A stretch of 64,000 nucleotides of DNA from Limisphaerales bacterium (GCA_965657355.1 CBFHOE010000003.1:32001-96000), one strand, 5' to 3'. Counted from the stretch's first letter, positions 49,053 to 59,844 are shown. The notes: a model not told the origin generated them from the sequence alone. A program made the numbers and translations.

Positions 49053-50129
49053 TCACAGATGACAGCCATTAAGGGTATCATCTGGGTGTAAGGATTCTGG
49101 GGCGAAGGGGGTCAGATTCATTGGTTTATCTGAATCAAGGAATTCTTTGCAGATTCTGAAAAATTCACTCAATGATTGAGCTCTCCTAATAGAGAAGAGG
49201 AATTGTTCCTGAGGTTCTATTCCAAGCCCAATGAAATTCATATACTTTTTTAAGTGTTGGACAGTAACCTTATCCGATCTTTTAGTATCAGTAACATGCT
49301 CTTTGAGATTGAAAATGTAGTTTAAGACATCTGTTCCTTTGGGAATGAAATACCTTTTACCTTCGAGGTGTACTTTTATTTGTTCAAATATCCATGGGTT
49401 ACGTATGGCACCCCTGCCTATCATGAGGCCAGAAGCTTTTGTGTAATTTAAGACATTCTCCGCTTTCTCTGGAGAGTATATATTACCGTTTGCCCAGACT
49501 GGGCAGTTCATTTTTTCGTTTGCTTTCCTTATTTGATCATAATTGACACTTGATCTGTACATCTCTTTGACTGTTCTGCCATGAACAGTAAGTAGGTCTA
49601 TTTTAGCGCTTGAAAATATATCGAGTAGCTCGTCAAAAATAGAATCATCGTCAAAGCCAATTCTAGTTTTCACCGAAAACTGGCAATCGATGACATCGCG
49701 AAGTGCAAAGAGAATTTTCTCTACCTCATCTGGGTATCTAAGTAACCCACCACCAGCCTTTTTTTTATACACAACGGGGGCAGGGCACCCGAGATTCAAG
49801 TCGATCCCCATTATGTTATATTTTTGAAGGTCAGTAGCCGCTCGTTGCAGGGCAGAAATATCGTTTCCTATAATTTGAGCGATGACTGGTTTTTTTGTGG
49901 GGTTTCTTTTTATGGATTTTAGTATTTCTCCACTTAATCGATAAGTTGGAGTCACCCTGAAATACTCAGTAAAATAAATATCTGGTCCCCCGTATTGGTG
50001 CATCAGTCTCCAAAAATTAAGGTCCGTAACATCTTGCATCGGTGCAAGCGAGAGAATAGGAATAGGCCTCTCCATCTTTATGTTCCTTCCAGAAATTCCC
50101 TGTTCTTTATGACTATTCTTTGTATCCAT
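49053..50129 (-). CDS. tRNA-dihydrouridine synthase family protein
   Basis: 'LAPM', 'IDLNLGCP', 'SVKTRIG', 'VHGRT', 'NGNI', 'MIGRGAIRNPWIF'. Confidence 0.92.
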   Translation of the reverse strand: MDTKNSHKEQGISGRNIKMERPIPILSLAPMQDVTDLNFWRLMHQYGGPDIYFTEYFRVTPTYRLSGEILKSIKRNPTKKPVIAQIIGNDISALQRAATDLQKYNIMGIDLNLGCPAPVVYKKKAGGGLLRYPDEVEKILFALRDVIDCQFSVKTRIGFDDDSIFDELLDIFSSAKIDLLTVHGRTVKEMYRSSVNYDQIRKANEKMNCPVWANGNIYSPEKAENVLNYTKASGLMIGRGAIRNPWIFEQIKVHLEGKRYFIPKGTDVLNYIFNLKEHVTDTKRSDKVTVQHLKKYMNFIGLGIEPQEQFLFSIRRAQSLSEFFRICKEFLDSDKPMNLTPFAPESLHPDDTLNGCHL

Positions 50130-50135
50130 GATACA

Positions 50136-51152
50136 TCAAATCACTGGAGATTCATTCAGAGTAATCGATTTTGTGCTCGTATCTATGGTCATGGAAATCC
50201 CCGATGGAATTGTCAAATTATTCTCCACGTGGCCAAATGGGTAATTAGCCAAAATAGGAATATCAATTTCTTTTAATCGATCGAAAAATACATCAGCGAG
50301 ATTAAATTCTTTTGGGGCCTTTTTCCTTGATGTAGATATATCGCATCTCGCAAACTGCCCAAGAACCAAAGCTGAAATTTGTTCGAAAATCCCAGCTAAC
50401 TTTAATTGTGTGAGGAGGCGATCTATTCTGTATGGCCCTTCATTTACATCTTCAATGAAGAGAATTTTATTTTTAAAATCTACCTGGTATGGAGTTGAAA
50501 TGATAGAGTTCATAACAGTCAAGTTGCCAACAACAGATTCTCCCGTGGCCTCTCCCTCATTGATACTATAAACTTTATTCCGATGTGGGTTGTCTTCGCT
50601 TAACAGTTGTTTAGAGCCATGTGGAGCTAATCCAAGAATCCTTAGAGCTGACTTAATTGTAAAATGATCCTTATTTTGTTCAATGAATGCTGAATCTATA
50701 TTTGGACCATGAAATGTCACTAGATGAGAGATTTTATTAATTGAGAGATGGAGGCTTGTGATGTCGCTAAACCCCAGCAAAATTTTCGGGTTATTTTGTA
50801 TTTCCTGGAAATTTAAATAGGGCAGAAGCCGCGCGCAGCCATATCCGCCTCTGATAGCGAAGATTCCCGATATTGATGAATCGCGGAATGCCTGCATGAG
50901 GTCTTTTGCCCGATCCTCATCTGACCCGGCTAGGTAGCCGTGACGCTGAAAAATACTTTCTCCAGAGACCGGACTAAAACCCAAGCTTCGAATCGCCTGA
51001 ATTGATCTTCTGATAGTATAGGGGTTGGAGGGAGGACTCGATGGCGCCACCACTGCTATCCTGTCACCCAATTTTAATCTTTTTGGTTTAATTTTCACTT
51101 TTAACAAAATCCAAAGACCATTTAATATCGCTTTTTCAGAATTCGGATGCAC
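50136..51152 (-). CDS. S66 LD-carboxypeptidase (LdcA/MccF family); start uncertain
   Basis: 'VVAPSS', 'RGGYG', catalytic 'GFSDIT', 'FIED', 'FGH'. Confidence 0.92.
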   Translation of the reverse strand: MHPNSEKAILNGLWILLKVKIKPKRLKLGDRIAVVAPSSPPSNPYTIRRSIQAIRSLGFSPVSGESIFQRHGYLAGSDEDRAKDLMQAFRDSSISGIFAIRGGYGCARLLPYLNFQEIQNNPKILLGFSDITSLHLSINKISHLVTFHGPNIDSAFIEQNKDHFTIKSALRILGLAPHGSKQLLSEDNPHRNKVYSINEGEATGESVVGNLTVMNSIISTPYQVDFKNKILFIEDVNEGPYRIDRLLTQLKLAGIFEQISALVLGQFARCDISTSRKKAPKEFNLADVFFDRLKEIDIPILANYPFGHVENNLTIPSGISMTIDTSTKSITLNESPVI

Positions 51153-51224
51153 TGATTTTCATTAAATTTTCTATTTTTCTGCCATGCTTTGCGAAATTCC
51201 AGACCTCTGGTTAGACTCTGATAA

Positions 51225-51971
51225 GTGAATGGAACCATTATTAACGTCTCATTGATTTTTGTGTTCGGGGTGATTTCTCTCCTGACACACCGAGAATTTA
51301 CTGAATCTTTCCAGGAGAAGCTTCGGAAAGTTACTGGTGCATTAGCTTTGTTTTTAGGACTGGTCATGATGTTTCATGGTTTTACCTGGAGCGATGGAAT
51401 CATGATGCTTCTCAAGCAATTCGGGATTTTTTACTTATCAGCTTTACTGGGAATTTTCATTGGCGGCCTTTTGAGAATTGAAAAAGGAATGGCAGCAATT
51501 ACCCGAAAAGCTCATCAAATGTTCTCCAAGTCGATTTCCTCAGAAAAACCAGATGGATTTCAGAGCAATAAGTTCTCCGAAGGTTTCCAGGTCTGCACTG
51601 TTTTATTTTGTATTGGTCCGATGGCTATTGTGGGTGCCATTATGGATGCTACGACCGGGAATTTTTTCGTGCTTTTGATAAAAGGTATCATGGACGGTAT
51701 CTCGGTGATGGCATTTGTCCGTTACTACGGATACGGAGCGATTGTCTCTGCTTTCCCAGTTGGCGTTTTCCAAGGCACCATAGCTTTAGTATTAATGGCT
51801 TATGTGAAATTGAATCTATCAGAATTGATGGTGGATTCCTTGCATTTGATGGGTGGTTTTTTAGTCATATCAATGAGCCTTGTTATTCTTGGAGCCAAAA
51901 AAGTTCCCATTGCAAATTACTTGCCCGCAATCATTATATCACCTTTATTGACCTATTTTTTACTGAATTAG
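51225..51971 (+). CDS. DUF554-family membrane protein
   Basis: 'GTIINV', 'EGF...VLFCIGPMAIVGAI', 'KGIMDG', 'ANYLPA'. Confidence 0.85.
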   Translation: MNGTIINVSLIFVFGVISLLTHREFTESFQEKLRKVTGALALFLGLVMMFHGFTWSDGIMMLLKQFGIFYLSALLGIFIGGLLRIEKGMAAITRKAHQMFSKSISSEKPDGFQSNKFSEGFQVCTVLFCIGPMAIVGAIMDATTGNFFVLLIKGIMDGISVMAFVRYYGYGAIVSAFPVGVFQGTIALVLMAYVKLNLSELMVDSLHLMGGFLVISMSLVILGAKKVPIANYLPAIIISPLLTYFLLN

Positions 51972-51989
51972 TTTATTTCGTATCGAGAT

Positions 51990-52841
51990 ATGAAAGAGGT
52001 AAATAAAGATGGTGAATTGATGAATGTACCATGCCGACATTACTTGCGATTGTTAATTGGATCAGTCATCCTTGTGGCAGTACTTCTGAGTTTGATTCAT
52101 AGTTTAACTGCAGAGAAAAATAGTGAAGAAAAAAAATCAGGAGAAGCTATTCATCTCTTTTGTGCCGCAAGTTTAAGAAATGTAATCGAAGAAATTAAGG
52201 AGAGTTACCAAGCAAATAATGATATTGCGATCGACATAACGTATGGCTCGAGCGGCCAGCTAGAGACGAGTTTGAGAATGAGCGATTCAACTATGGCATC
52301 ATTTCCTGACGTTTATATTCCAGCTGATAATCTTTTTTCAAAAAGAACCGACACGATAGGTCTCACCAGGAATACAATGGTAATTGCTCGTCAGCGAGTT
52401 GTTTTGGCTTTTGATAAAACCGTGGTAAGCAAAGTGGTTTCATTGGATGACGTGTTGAATAGCGATATACGCTTTGCCTTTTGTCACCCAGCTGCAGGTG
52501 CTGGATTAAAACTTAAATTGGTATTATCTGATATTGGTAGATGGAAAGATCTTGGCGATGCATGCGATGCTGTTTTCCCAACCGTGACTGAAGTGGCAAA
52601 CGCTATTAAGAATTCATCAGGTATCCAGGCTGGTTTTATTTGGGATACTACAGCGCGGCAGTTTCAATTAGATTATATCGAATTACCGGAATTAGAAGAA
52701 GCGTTTGGTATGGTAACTGTGAGCCTGGTCGCAGGATCCAGAAACAAAGAACCTGCGCTATCTTTTGTCAATTACATAGCGTACGATACCCGGTCGGTAG
52801 AGTATTTTGAAAATCACTTTTTCTCAACTCGTGTGAACTGA
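51990..52841 (+). CDS. modA: Molybdate/tungstate ABC transporter substrate-binding protein
   Basis: 'CAASL', 'YGSSGQL', 'DVYIPAD'; upstream of the permease and ATPase. Confidence 0.75.
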   Translation: MKEVNKDGELMNVPCRHYLRLLIGSVILVAVLLSLIHSLTAEKNSEEKKSGEAIHLFCAASLRNVIEEIKESYQANNDIAIDITYGSSGQLETSLRMSDSTMASFPDVYIPADNLFSKRTDTIGLTRNTMVIARQRVVLAFDKTVVSKVVSLDDVLNSDIRFAFCHPAAGAGLKLKLVLSDIGRWKDLGDACDAVFPTVTEVANAIKNSSGIQAGFIWDTTARQFQLDYIELPELEEAFGMVTVSLVAGSRNKEPALSFVNYIAYDTRSVEYFENHFFSTRVN

Positions 52842-52860
52842 TGCAAAATTTTCAAAAATT

Positions 52861-53661
52861 GTGATGCCAATGTCAGGGGATAAAAATAAGAGCAGGATTT
52901 TTTACATATGTATCTCCATTATCGGTGGGCTGTATGTGCTTTTATTGGTCCTGATGTTATCAGCTCAAGCCTCATATTTTTCACCGCCAGGATTCCTTGC
53001 CGTATTAAAAAAACCCGAGATTCAATTTTCAATTAAACTGTCCCTATTAAGCTGTTCTGTTTCAGCTTTGATATCTGTCTGGATAGCTATCCCGTTAGGT
53101 TACCTAATGTCTAGGTATTCGTTTTTTGGTCGCTCTGCAATTGATGTCCTCATTCATGTCCCCATTGTTCTTCCACCGCTTGTCGTGGGCTGTTGCTTGC
53201 TCGTGCTTTTCAACTACCCCCCATTTTCATATTTTGGTCAAATTTTTGTCTTTAATTGGCCGGGAGTGATACTCGCCCAATTCGTTGTGGCTTGTGCATT
53301 ATCTGTCAGGACAATGCGGCTTTGTTACGATCAAATACCGGAGCGATATGAAAAAGTTGCTTTAACTTTAGGATGCCACCCTGGATCGGCTTTTCAAAAA
53401 GTGGTATTGCCTCAAGCCAAAAGTGGTATTCTCGAATCTTTTACTATAGCCTGGGCTAGGTCTTTAGGCGAATTCGGCCCAATATTAGTTTTTGCGGGAG
53501 CAACTAGCGGAAAGACGGAGGTATTATCAACTTCATTTTTTCTTTCCATGCAGGCAGGGGATATGGAAGGCATGATTTCTATATCTACTATTATGGTTGT
53601 CTGCGCCGTATTTGTATTGTCATTAGCAAGTGCTCTTGGAAGGAGAATGAGAGAGGAATGA
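52861..53661 (+). CDS. modB: Molybdate ABC transporter permease
   Basis: 'PIVLPPLVVG', EAA loop 'YEKVALTLG', 'WARSLGEFG'. Confidence 0.85.
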   Translation: MMPMSGDKNKSRIFYICISIIGGLYVLLLVLMLSAQASYFSPPGFLAVLKKPEIQFSIKLSLLSCSVSALISVWIAIPLGYLMSRYSFFGRSAIDVLIHVPIVLPPLVVGCCLLVLFNYPPFSYFGQIFVFNWPGVILAQFVVACALSVRTMRLCYDQIPERYEKVALTLGCHPGSAFQKVVLPQAKSGILESFTIAWARSLGEFGPILVFAGATSGKTEVLSTSFFLSMQAGDMEGMISISTIMVVCAVFVLSLASALGRRMREE

Positions 53662-54299
53662 TACGACTGGAAAATATTTGTATATCTTATGGGTCTTTTT
53701 ATCTAAAAAATATTAATTTCGAAGTCCCAAAAGGTTCATATGCTGTACTATCAGGGAAAAGTGGCTCGGGTAAATCTACCCTCCTTGAGATTATTTGCGG
53801 GCTAAAGCGACAAACCAAAGGTCAAGTGTTTATTGATAATAGGGATGTTTCTTTTGATCTGCCAGGTTGTAGGAATATCGGTTATGTTCCTCAGGATTTG
53901 GCCCTGTTTCCAAATTTAAACGTAAAAAACCAAATCGCATTTGGTCTTCAATTGAGAGGGCATTCCGATCTTGAAATCAACACCCGGGTTTCAGAGTTGG
54001 TTGAATTGTTCGACCTCAAACATGTCGTTTGTGATTTTCCGAAAAATTTAAGTGGGGGTGAAGCTCAAAGGGTTGCGTTAGCAAGAGCATTAGCGAGTCG
54101 TCCGCGTATTTTATGCCTTGATGAGCCTCTGTCGGGATTGGATGCCGATTTACATGACACCGTTTGCCACTATCTCAAATCTGTTTTTGAAGCCTCTCAA
54201 TATACTGTTTTGCATGTAACGCATAACAAAGATGAAGCAAAACGATTATCAACCCAATTTTTTGAAATTTCCAATAATGCTATCTTTCCCATCAATTGA
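53658..54299 (+). CDS. modC: ABC transporter ATP-binding subunit (no TOBE domain)
   Basis: Walker A 'GKSGSGKS', 'LSGGE', 'LDEP', H-loop 'VTH'. ATGA overlap with modB. Confidence 0.8.
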   Translation: MIRLENICISYGSFYLKNINFEVPKGSYAVLSGKSGSGKSTLLEIICGLKRQTKGQVFIDNRDVSFDLPGCRNIGYVPQDLALFPNLNVKNQIAFGLQLRGHSDLEINTRVSELVELFDLKHVVCDFPKNLSGGEAQRVALARALASRPRILCLDEPLSGLDADLHDTVCHYLKSVFEASQYTVLHVTHNKDEAKRLSTQFFEISNNAIFPIN

Positions 54300-55791
54300 A
54301 ATGACTCCTTGTAAAAAGAATTTCCTTAATCCGTTCATTTCTTCAATGAAAAAAACTGGAATAAAGATTTTTACCCGTGGCGTTATAAGCATTGTTCTAA
54401 AGCCCCTTTTACTAATCTTTGTTGATACAACTATAGGGCAAGATTTTATTAATTTTTCGTCGATTAGAAATGATTCTGAACCTGAGCAAAATCCATTTGT
54501 AAGATGGAACAGTGCTCAGCTTCCGGACCCTATAGGGTATGCAGCGGGCAGTGAAGCACTGAAGGAACAAGTAAGGATACGTCTGGATAAAAAAGGAAAC
54601 CTTAAACAATCTCTATTTCTTTACCATACTCAAGAAATAATAAACTGTAATGCGGAAATGATATCAATTTCATTTGTTGAGTCACCAATTTGGCTAGGAG
54701 CTGGCAAATTAGATTCATCAAGTGGGGCTCGATACTTCAATATGGAATTATTAAAAGATGATGTGGTCTCCATTCAAGTATTTGCAAAACGTTTGGGGTC
54801 ACCCTGTGACCCCTCGATAACAATTCTAAACCATAGAAGCGTTCCTATTGTTTTCGTTGATGACACAGATGTATTAGGTGGAGATCTGTCCTTTGAATTT
54901 ATTGCCCCTGAGAGTGGGAAATACCAATTCGAGCTAAGAGATGTCGAACACAGGTCTGGGGCCAATAATTTCTTTGCTTTAGAAGTATATAAAACTTTGG
55001 ACAAAAAGAGTTTTCCAAAGGCGAGCGATGACAAAATTAATCAATACGCCTCATTAAAGTTAGATGCTCCCAGAGATTTGAGCATTGTAAACCAGACAAT
55101 AAATGGCTATCTGATTAATGACACCGACAAAAAAAGCGTGGCTTTAGAGGTTGTTAAAAATTGTCCTGTAACAATTATTGCAAAAACCCGCTCCATTGGA
55201 GTAGACGTGGATACCCAAGTTTCGCTTTTTGATTCTGCGTGGAATAGAGTTCAAATAGAAAGTCAAAGCAACTTTGGTGATACCGAACTTTCATTAAAAA
55301 ACCTCGATGTAGGTCGATATACTATCGAGATTCAGTCCTTGGCGGGGCTTCGATTTAGCAATGCTCCGTTTCAAGTCAAGTTATCTAACGCATGGAAGGG
55401 CTTTGCGCTAAGCTCTGACCAACATCTCATAAACCTAATCAAGGGTGATTCCGCCAAAGTCAAAGTGAGTATTGATAGGGCTTTTGGATATAAAGGGGAG
55501 CTTAGATTCAATGTTGACGAGTCAAGGTTTCCCGATCCAGGTATAGCTATTAAAGTTGTCGAATCGAAAAATGAAACCAGTTCAGCTGTTATTGAATTGA
55601 AAGCTAAATCAATGAACCTGAAACCCGGTATTCATCTCATTCAAATCAATGGGTTTGGAAAGCTCAATTCAGGTGCTGGATATCCTGTTTCTACCAAGCC
55701 TTCGCTGGAAAAAATAGGATTGGCAGCATCTCCAAAATTATTATCAAAGCTTGATGGGATTTTCTTCATCAACGTCATTGAGGCTGAATGA
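54232..55791 (+). CDS. Hypothetical exported protein with PPC-like (pre-peptidase C-terminal) beta-sandwich domains; start uncertain
   Basis: 'VFAKRLGSPCDPSITI...DD...FIAPESGKYQFELRD' and a second similar unit 'TRSIGVDVDTQVSL...GRYTIEI'. Confidence 0.55.
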   Translation: MKQNDYQPNFLKFPIMLSFPSIEMTPCKKNFLNPFISSMKKTGIKIFTRGVISIVLKPLLLIFVDTTIGQDFINFSSIRNDSEPEQNPFVRWNSAQLPDPIGYAAGSEALKEQVRIRLDKKGNLKQSLFLYHTQEIINCNAEMISISFVESPIWLGAGKLDSSSGARYFNMELLKDDVVSIQVFAKRLGSPCDPSITILNHRSVPIVFVDDTDVLGGDLSFEFIAPESGKYQFELRDVEHRSGANNFFALEVYKTLDKKSFPKASDDKINQYASLKLDAPRDLSIVNQTINGYLINDTDKKSVALEVVKNCPVTIIAKTRSIGVDVDTQVSLFDSAWNRVQIESQSNFGDTELSLKNLDVGRYTIEIQSLAGLRFSNAPFQVKLSNAWKGFALSSDQHLINLIKGDSAKVKVSIDRAFGYKGELRFNVDESRFPDPGIAIKVVESKNETSSAVIELKAKSMNLKPGIHLIQINGFGKLNSGAGYPVSTKPSLEKIGLAASPKLLSKLDGIFFINVIEAE

Positions 55792-55801
55792 CATTTATCA
55801 A

Positions 55802-56569
55802 TTATTCGTTGTTAATAACCACAACGAGTTCCCCTTTCCATTTTTTTTCAGTAAAATCTTCTGCTACTTTTTTACCTTTTCCTCGAATAATTTGTTCGAA
55901 CTTCTTAGTTAATTCGCGACCAATAACAACATCCTTCTCTGGAAATATGTGCGTCATCTCGTTTAGGAAACGAGGCATTTTATGTGGAGACTCATAGAAT
56001 ACCAAACTTGCCTTAATTCCAGAGAGTTCCTGCATTTTTCTTAGACGTTGACCACTTTTAACTGGGAGGAATCCAGTGAAGAAAAATTCTTGATGACAAA
56101 AGCCAGAAGCTGATAGAGCAGTTGTTAGAGCACAAGCCCCTGGAAGTGCTATAGCAGGAATCTCGTTTGAAATCAGATCTTTTACAATTCTTTGACCCGG
56201 ATCACTGATTCCGGGTGTCCCGGCATCTGTTACCAAGGCGCCTACGCTACCGTTGCTGAGTAAGTCACATAGCAACGTGCTTCGTGAAGCCTCATTATGC
56301 TGGTGTGTACTTATCAGCCTTTTTTTTATGCCTAGCCTATGAAGCATGAGGCCTGTATGCCTGGTGTCCTCTGCTGCTATCCAATCAACGGTCGAAAGTA
56401 TTCTCAGCCCCCTGAGTGTGAAGTCCTCAAGATTACCAATTGGTGTTGGTACTAAATACAAAGCGCCTTTATCAAGCTGATGAGGTTCTCGCTCGTATAC
56501 CTTTTTGACAATTTGAATAATAAGATTTAGGCCGGTGAGATCGCCTGCTGATGTGCCTTTTATATCCAT
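55802..56569 (-). CDS. rsmI: 16S rRNA (cytidine1402-2'-O)-methyltransferase
   Basis: 'LYLVPTPIGNLED', 'AEDTRHT', 'DAGTPGISDPG', 'FYESPH', 'RELTKKFE'. Confidence 0.95.
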   Translation of the reverse strand: MDIKGTSAGDLTGLNLIIQIVKKVYEREPHQLDKGALYLVPTPIGNLEDFTLRGLRILSTVDWIAAEDTRHTGLMLHRLGIKKRLISTHQHNEASRSTLLCDLLSNGSVGALVTDAGTPGISDPGQRIVKDLISNEIPAIALPGACALTTALSASGFCHQEFFFTGFLPVKSGQRLRKMQELSGIKASLVFYESPHKMPRFLNEMTHIFPEKDVVIGRELTKKFEQIIRGKGKKVAEDFTEKKWKGELVVVINNE

Positions 56570-56605
56570 GGGGCACTCGTAATCGTAAATTCCGCTTGAG
56601 GCTGG

Positions 56606-58771
56606 TTAATTGATTGGCAGTGATTTGTCCGCGGTCAGTAGATTGTTCTTTTTTACCAAGTCGATGTAATCTGCCATTATGTTGACCGTTTCTTCTAAAT
56701 ATGGATCGACCAAAAATAGGAAGGGATTCTCTTCTTCGTCATCATCTTCAGGTTGAATTGGACCGTTTGATTTATATTCCGCAAGGAGGGATTCATTCGT
56801 TATTTTTTTGAATTTTTTGCCCTCTTCAAGATCCTTCATTGTTAATTCAAAGACGGAGCCTTTGCGTCCTGGTCTGCTGAGTCTTTCTTTCTTCCTATCC
56901 TCGATTCTCTTTTTGTTTTTATCGACTTCTTCTTTTCTCTTTGCCTTGTTGAGGGTTAGTTTTTTGGAGTTTTTCTTATCCTTGATAACCTTGATATCGT
57001 TTTGAACATATTTGAAATCCTGATTCTCTTGCACCCTCTTTTCCGATGCCACTTTTAAATTGCTGACATAATCGAGGACAAGGTCAAGTGGGGTGAATCT
57101 TGATTGGGATTTAATGCGATCTGCCTCCAAGGCGTTTTCGAGACTTGCCTCTCCAAGCTCCATATGATCGTAAATACTTGGCAGTATTATATCTGGTGTA
57201 ACGCCATCTCTTTGCGTCGTCGTTCCCACTATCCGATAGAATTTTGAAATAGTGAATTTCAGTTTCCCAGGAGTATCAATAATCCTATTTCTTATGTATC
57301 TTCGTAGATCGAGAACGGTCTGAACTGTGCCCTTCCCATGAGTGGATTCATTACCAACAACTATGGCTCTTTCGTGGTCTTGCAGAGCCGCTGCGACAAT
57401 CTCGGATGCTGATGCACTCATTTTGTCTGTCAAAACAACCAATGGCCCCTCGTATGAGATATTAGGGTTGGGATCTCGTAATGTGGTTGATCTACCGATT
57501 ACTTCCCTTACCTGGACAATGGGGCCTTTTTTGATGAAGAGTCCGGCAACTTTTTGTGCTTCAGGCAGTAGGCCTCCGCTGTTGCCCGCTAGGTTTAAAA
57601 TGATTCCATCAACGTTTTCTTTCTTTAGTTTTACAATCAGCTGTGCAAGGTGGTTTGAACACTTGTCGTAGAACTGATTAAGATCTAAAACGCCAATTTT
57701 TAATATATCCCCCGAGGGTAGAACTTCCTCGATTAATCGAGCCTTCGCTAATTGCTCCTCGAGTTTGATTTTGTCTCTTTTGAGCTCGACCACTTTAGTT
57801 TCGGACTCGTCCTCAGGTATGACAGTCAACTTAACTATTGTTCCTCTTGGACCACGAATCATGTCGACTACTTTATTAAGTTTCATTTCTATTGTATCGA
57901 CAGGTTCTTCTTCTCCTTGGGCTACTGCAATGATTCGGTCTTTAGGCTTGAGATTGTTTGATTCTTCAGCTGGCCCACCCGGGATTAATCGGACTATTTG
58001 TGTATATCCGTCGACATATTGAAGAACAGCTCCAATCCCGTAAAATGAAAGATCTATATTTTGAATCTCAAAATTCTTAGCTTCAGTTGGGCTCATGTAA
58101 CTAGAATGAGGATCAAACGTTCGGCCTAGTGCGCTTAAGAACGTTTGTAGGATTTCCTCATTGTCATATTTGCTCAACATGGAATAAAGACTTCTGTATC
58201 TCTTGTGGAGTTTTTCTCGTATCTTTTCTGCCGAATCTTTCGAGTTTTGGCTCCGCAGAAACTCGTCTTTAATCCTTTTACGCCAAAGTTCATCGACTTC
58301 GGATTGGTCACTTGGCCATTCTGACTCGGATCTATCGGTCTGGATTTCTTCGTCTATCGTGAAGTCGAATTGTTTATCTATTAATTTGTGAGCCAGTTCG
58401 ACTCGAGATTCCAGCCTTTCGATATATTTTCGAAATATCACAAATGCTGCCGATGCATTTTCGTTTTTTAAAAAATCGAAAAGTCGAGTGCCGTAAGTCT
58501 TTTCGAATAGTTCGACATCCCTCTGAAGAAAAACCATTCTTCTTGGGTCGAGGCTATCCAGGTAGGTTTTCAAAAAGTTGCTGCTTCTTTGGTCGTCGAG
58601 TTTGTTGTTAGAAAAATGGAGCTGTGCGAGAAGCTCGCTGGTAACTCTTGAGATCACACCCGCCTGATCAACAGATATTTCAATGGCTGAAGCAGGCAGT
58701 AAAAAACCACCCGTCAGGATGCTAAAACTCAAGCAAAATGCAACTAGTTTCGATTTCATTAAATTATTCAA
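56606..58771 (-). CDS. prc: Tail-specific (carboxy-terminal processing) protease, Prc/Tsp type
   Basis: 'DPHSSY', PDZ 'GIGAVL...GGPA', catalytic 'SASASE' and 'GKGTVQ', 'GVTPDI'. Confidence 0.92.
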   Translation of the reverse strand: MNNLMKSKLVAFCLSFSILTGGFLLPASAIEISVDQAGVISRVTSELLAQLHFSNNKLDDQRSSNFLKTYLDSLDPRRMVFLQRDVELFEKTYGTRLFDFLKNENASAAFVIFRKYIERLESRVELAHKLIDKQFDFTIDEEIQTDRSESEWPSDQSEVDELWRKRIKDEFLRSQNSKDSAEKIREKLHKRYRSLYSMLSKYDNEEILQTFLSALGRTFDPHSSYMSPTEAKNFEIQNIDLSFYGIGAVLQYVDGYTQIVRLIPGGPAEESNNLKPKDRIIAVAQGEEEPVDTIEMKLNKVVDMIRGPRGTIVKLTVIPEDESETKVVELKRDKIKLEEQLAKARLIEEVLPSGDILKIGVLDLNQFYDKCSNHLAQLIVKLKKENVDGIILNLAGNSGGLLPEAQKVAGLFIKKGPIVQVREVIGRSTTLRDPNPNISYEGPLVVLTDKMSASASEIVAAALQDHERAIVVGNESTHGKGTVQTVLDLRRYIRNRIIDTPGKLKFTISKFYRIVGTTTQRDGVTPDIILPSIYDHMELGEASLENALEADRIKSQSRFTPLDLVLDYVSNLKVASEKRVQENQDFKYVQNDIKVIKDKKNSKKLTLNKAKRKEEVDKNKKRIEDRKKERLSRPGRKGSVFELTMKDLEEGKKFKKITNESLLAEYKSNGPIQPEDDDEEENPFLFLVDPYLEETVNIMADYIDLVKKNNLLTADKSLPIN

Positions 58772-59092
58772 AATTTTTTATTTCGGTCTGTTAACTTATA
58801 TAAAAGGCTTAATTGGGATCATTGGACTTCGTATGCCGCTTTAATTTCACAGCCAAAGTCTAATGTGAATTTATGATTCCATTTCTTTAGACATACTAAG
58901 CCCCATTGGTGTTCAAGTCCAACTTGTGGTCCTATTGTTTCATACCTTAGGTTCGAAATCTATTAGGATTTCTCTCACTAAATTTGTGACATTTTTATTC
59001 TCTGTCAGGAAATAGGAGGATAAGGCCTGTTTTGGTCTGTTTTTCTTTGATTTCAGCTGGTTTTTAGAGTTTGAAGCGAACCACTGAATGGC

Positions 59093-59120
59093 TTGACAAA
59101 CTAACCGCATTTGGTATTGT
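59093..59120 (+). promoter_or_regulatory. Sigma70-type promoter of the rpmH operon
   Basis: Perfect -35 TTGACA (59093-59098), 16-nt spacer ending TGG, -10 TATTGT (59115-59120). Confidence 0.6.
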
Positions 59121-59186
59121 CCTCAGCCCCTTATATGGGAGGAAATCTGGTTTTTTTACTGATTTTCAGTTAGAAAGAGAATTTTA

Positions 59187-59324
59187 ATGAAGCGAACATA
59201 TCAACCTTCACGAATAAAGCGGGTGCGCCAACACGGCTTTTTAGCGAGAAATCGCAAAAAGAGTGGTCGAGCAATCCTTGCTGCCCGCCGCCGCAAAGGA
59301 CGTCAACGTTTGACTCCAGTATAG
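59187..59324 (+). CDS. rpmH: 50S ribosomal protein L34 (45 aa, absent from ORF track)
   Basis: Manual translation [45 protein letters not shown]; canonical position upstream of rnpA. Confidence 0.98.
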   Translation: MKRTYQPSRIKRVRQHGFLARNRKKSGRAILAARRRKGRQRLTPV

Positions 59325-59436
59325 GTCGTAGGATTGAGGCAATCCTGACATTTCAGCTCCGAAATTAATTCCATGTTCTTTGTGAAGCATCTAATCGGGC
59401 TGTTCACCCTGAGTTTACTCCGATTCACCAGGTAAA

Positions 59437-59844
59437 ATGACATCGGAGCCATCGAGGCTAGAAGCAAGGAAAAGACAGTCTGCATGTAGACTGCACTCTT
59501 TTTCGTGCCAAAAAAGAATTAAATACACTCGTGAATTTCAACTTGTCAAAGAGCATGGTAAACGCCTTCAGTCCAAATACTTCGTTGCCAATTTTTTACA
59601 AAAGCCGACTCAAAAGAATAGTCGACTAGGTGTTATTACCAGCAAAAGGATTGGATCAGCTGTTATAAGAAACAGAGCGCGAAGGGTTCTTCGGGCCGCT
59701 TACATAGCCTGTTATCATCGGATTTCCATTCCTATGGATCTTGTTCTGGTTGCCAGAAAGCGAATTATAGGCCAAAAATCTTATAAGATAACGCAGGATT
59801 TATTAATGATCTTAGAATCAAATAATCTCCTTAAGACAAGATAG
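59437..59844 (+). CDS. rnpA: Ribonuclease P protein component
   Basis: 'RLGVITSKRIGSAVIRNRARR' (RNR motif); synteny with rpmH and yidC. Confidence 0.95.
   Translation: MTSEPSRLEARKRQSACRLHSFSCQKRIKYTREFQLVKEHGKRLQSKYFVANFLQKPTQKNSRLGVITSKRIGSAVIRNRARRVLRAAYIACYHRISIPMDLVLVARKRIIGQKSYKITQDLLMILESNNLLKTR

Noticed and set aside
58772..59186. Possible oriC in the long intergenic region upstream of rpmH
   Set aside because: No dnaA adjacent and no TTATCCACA-type DnaA box cluster seen.
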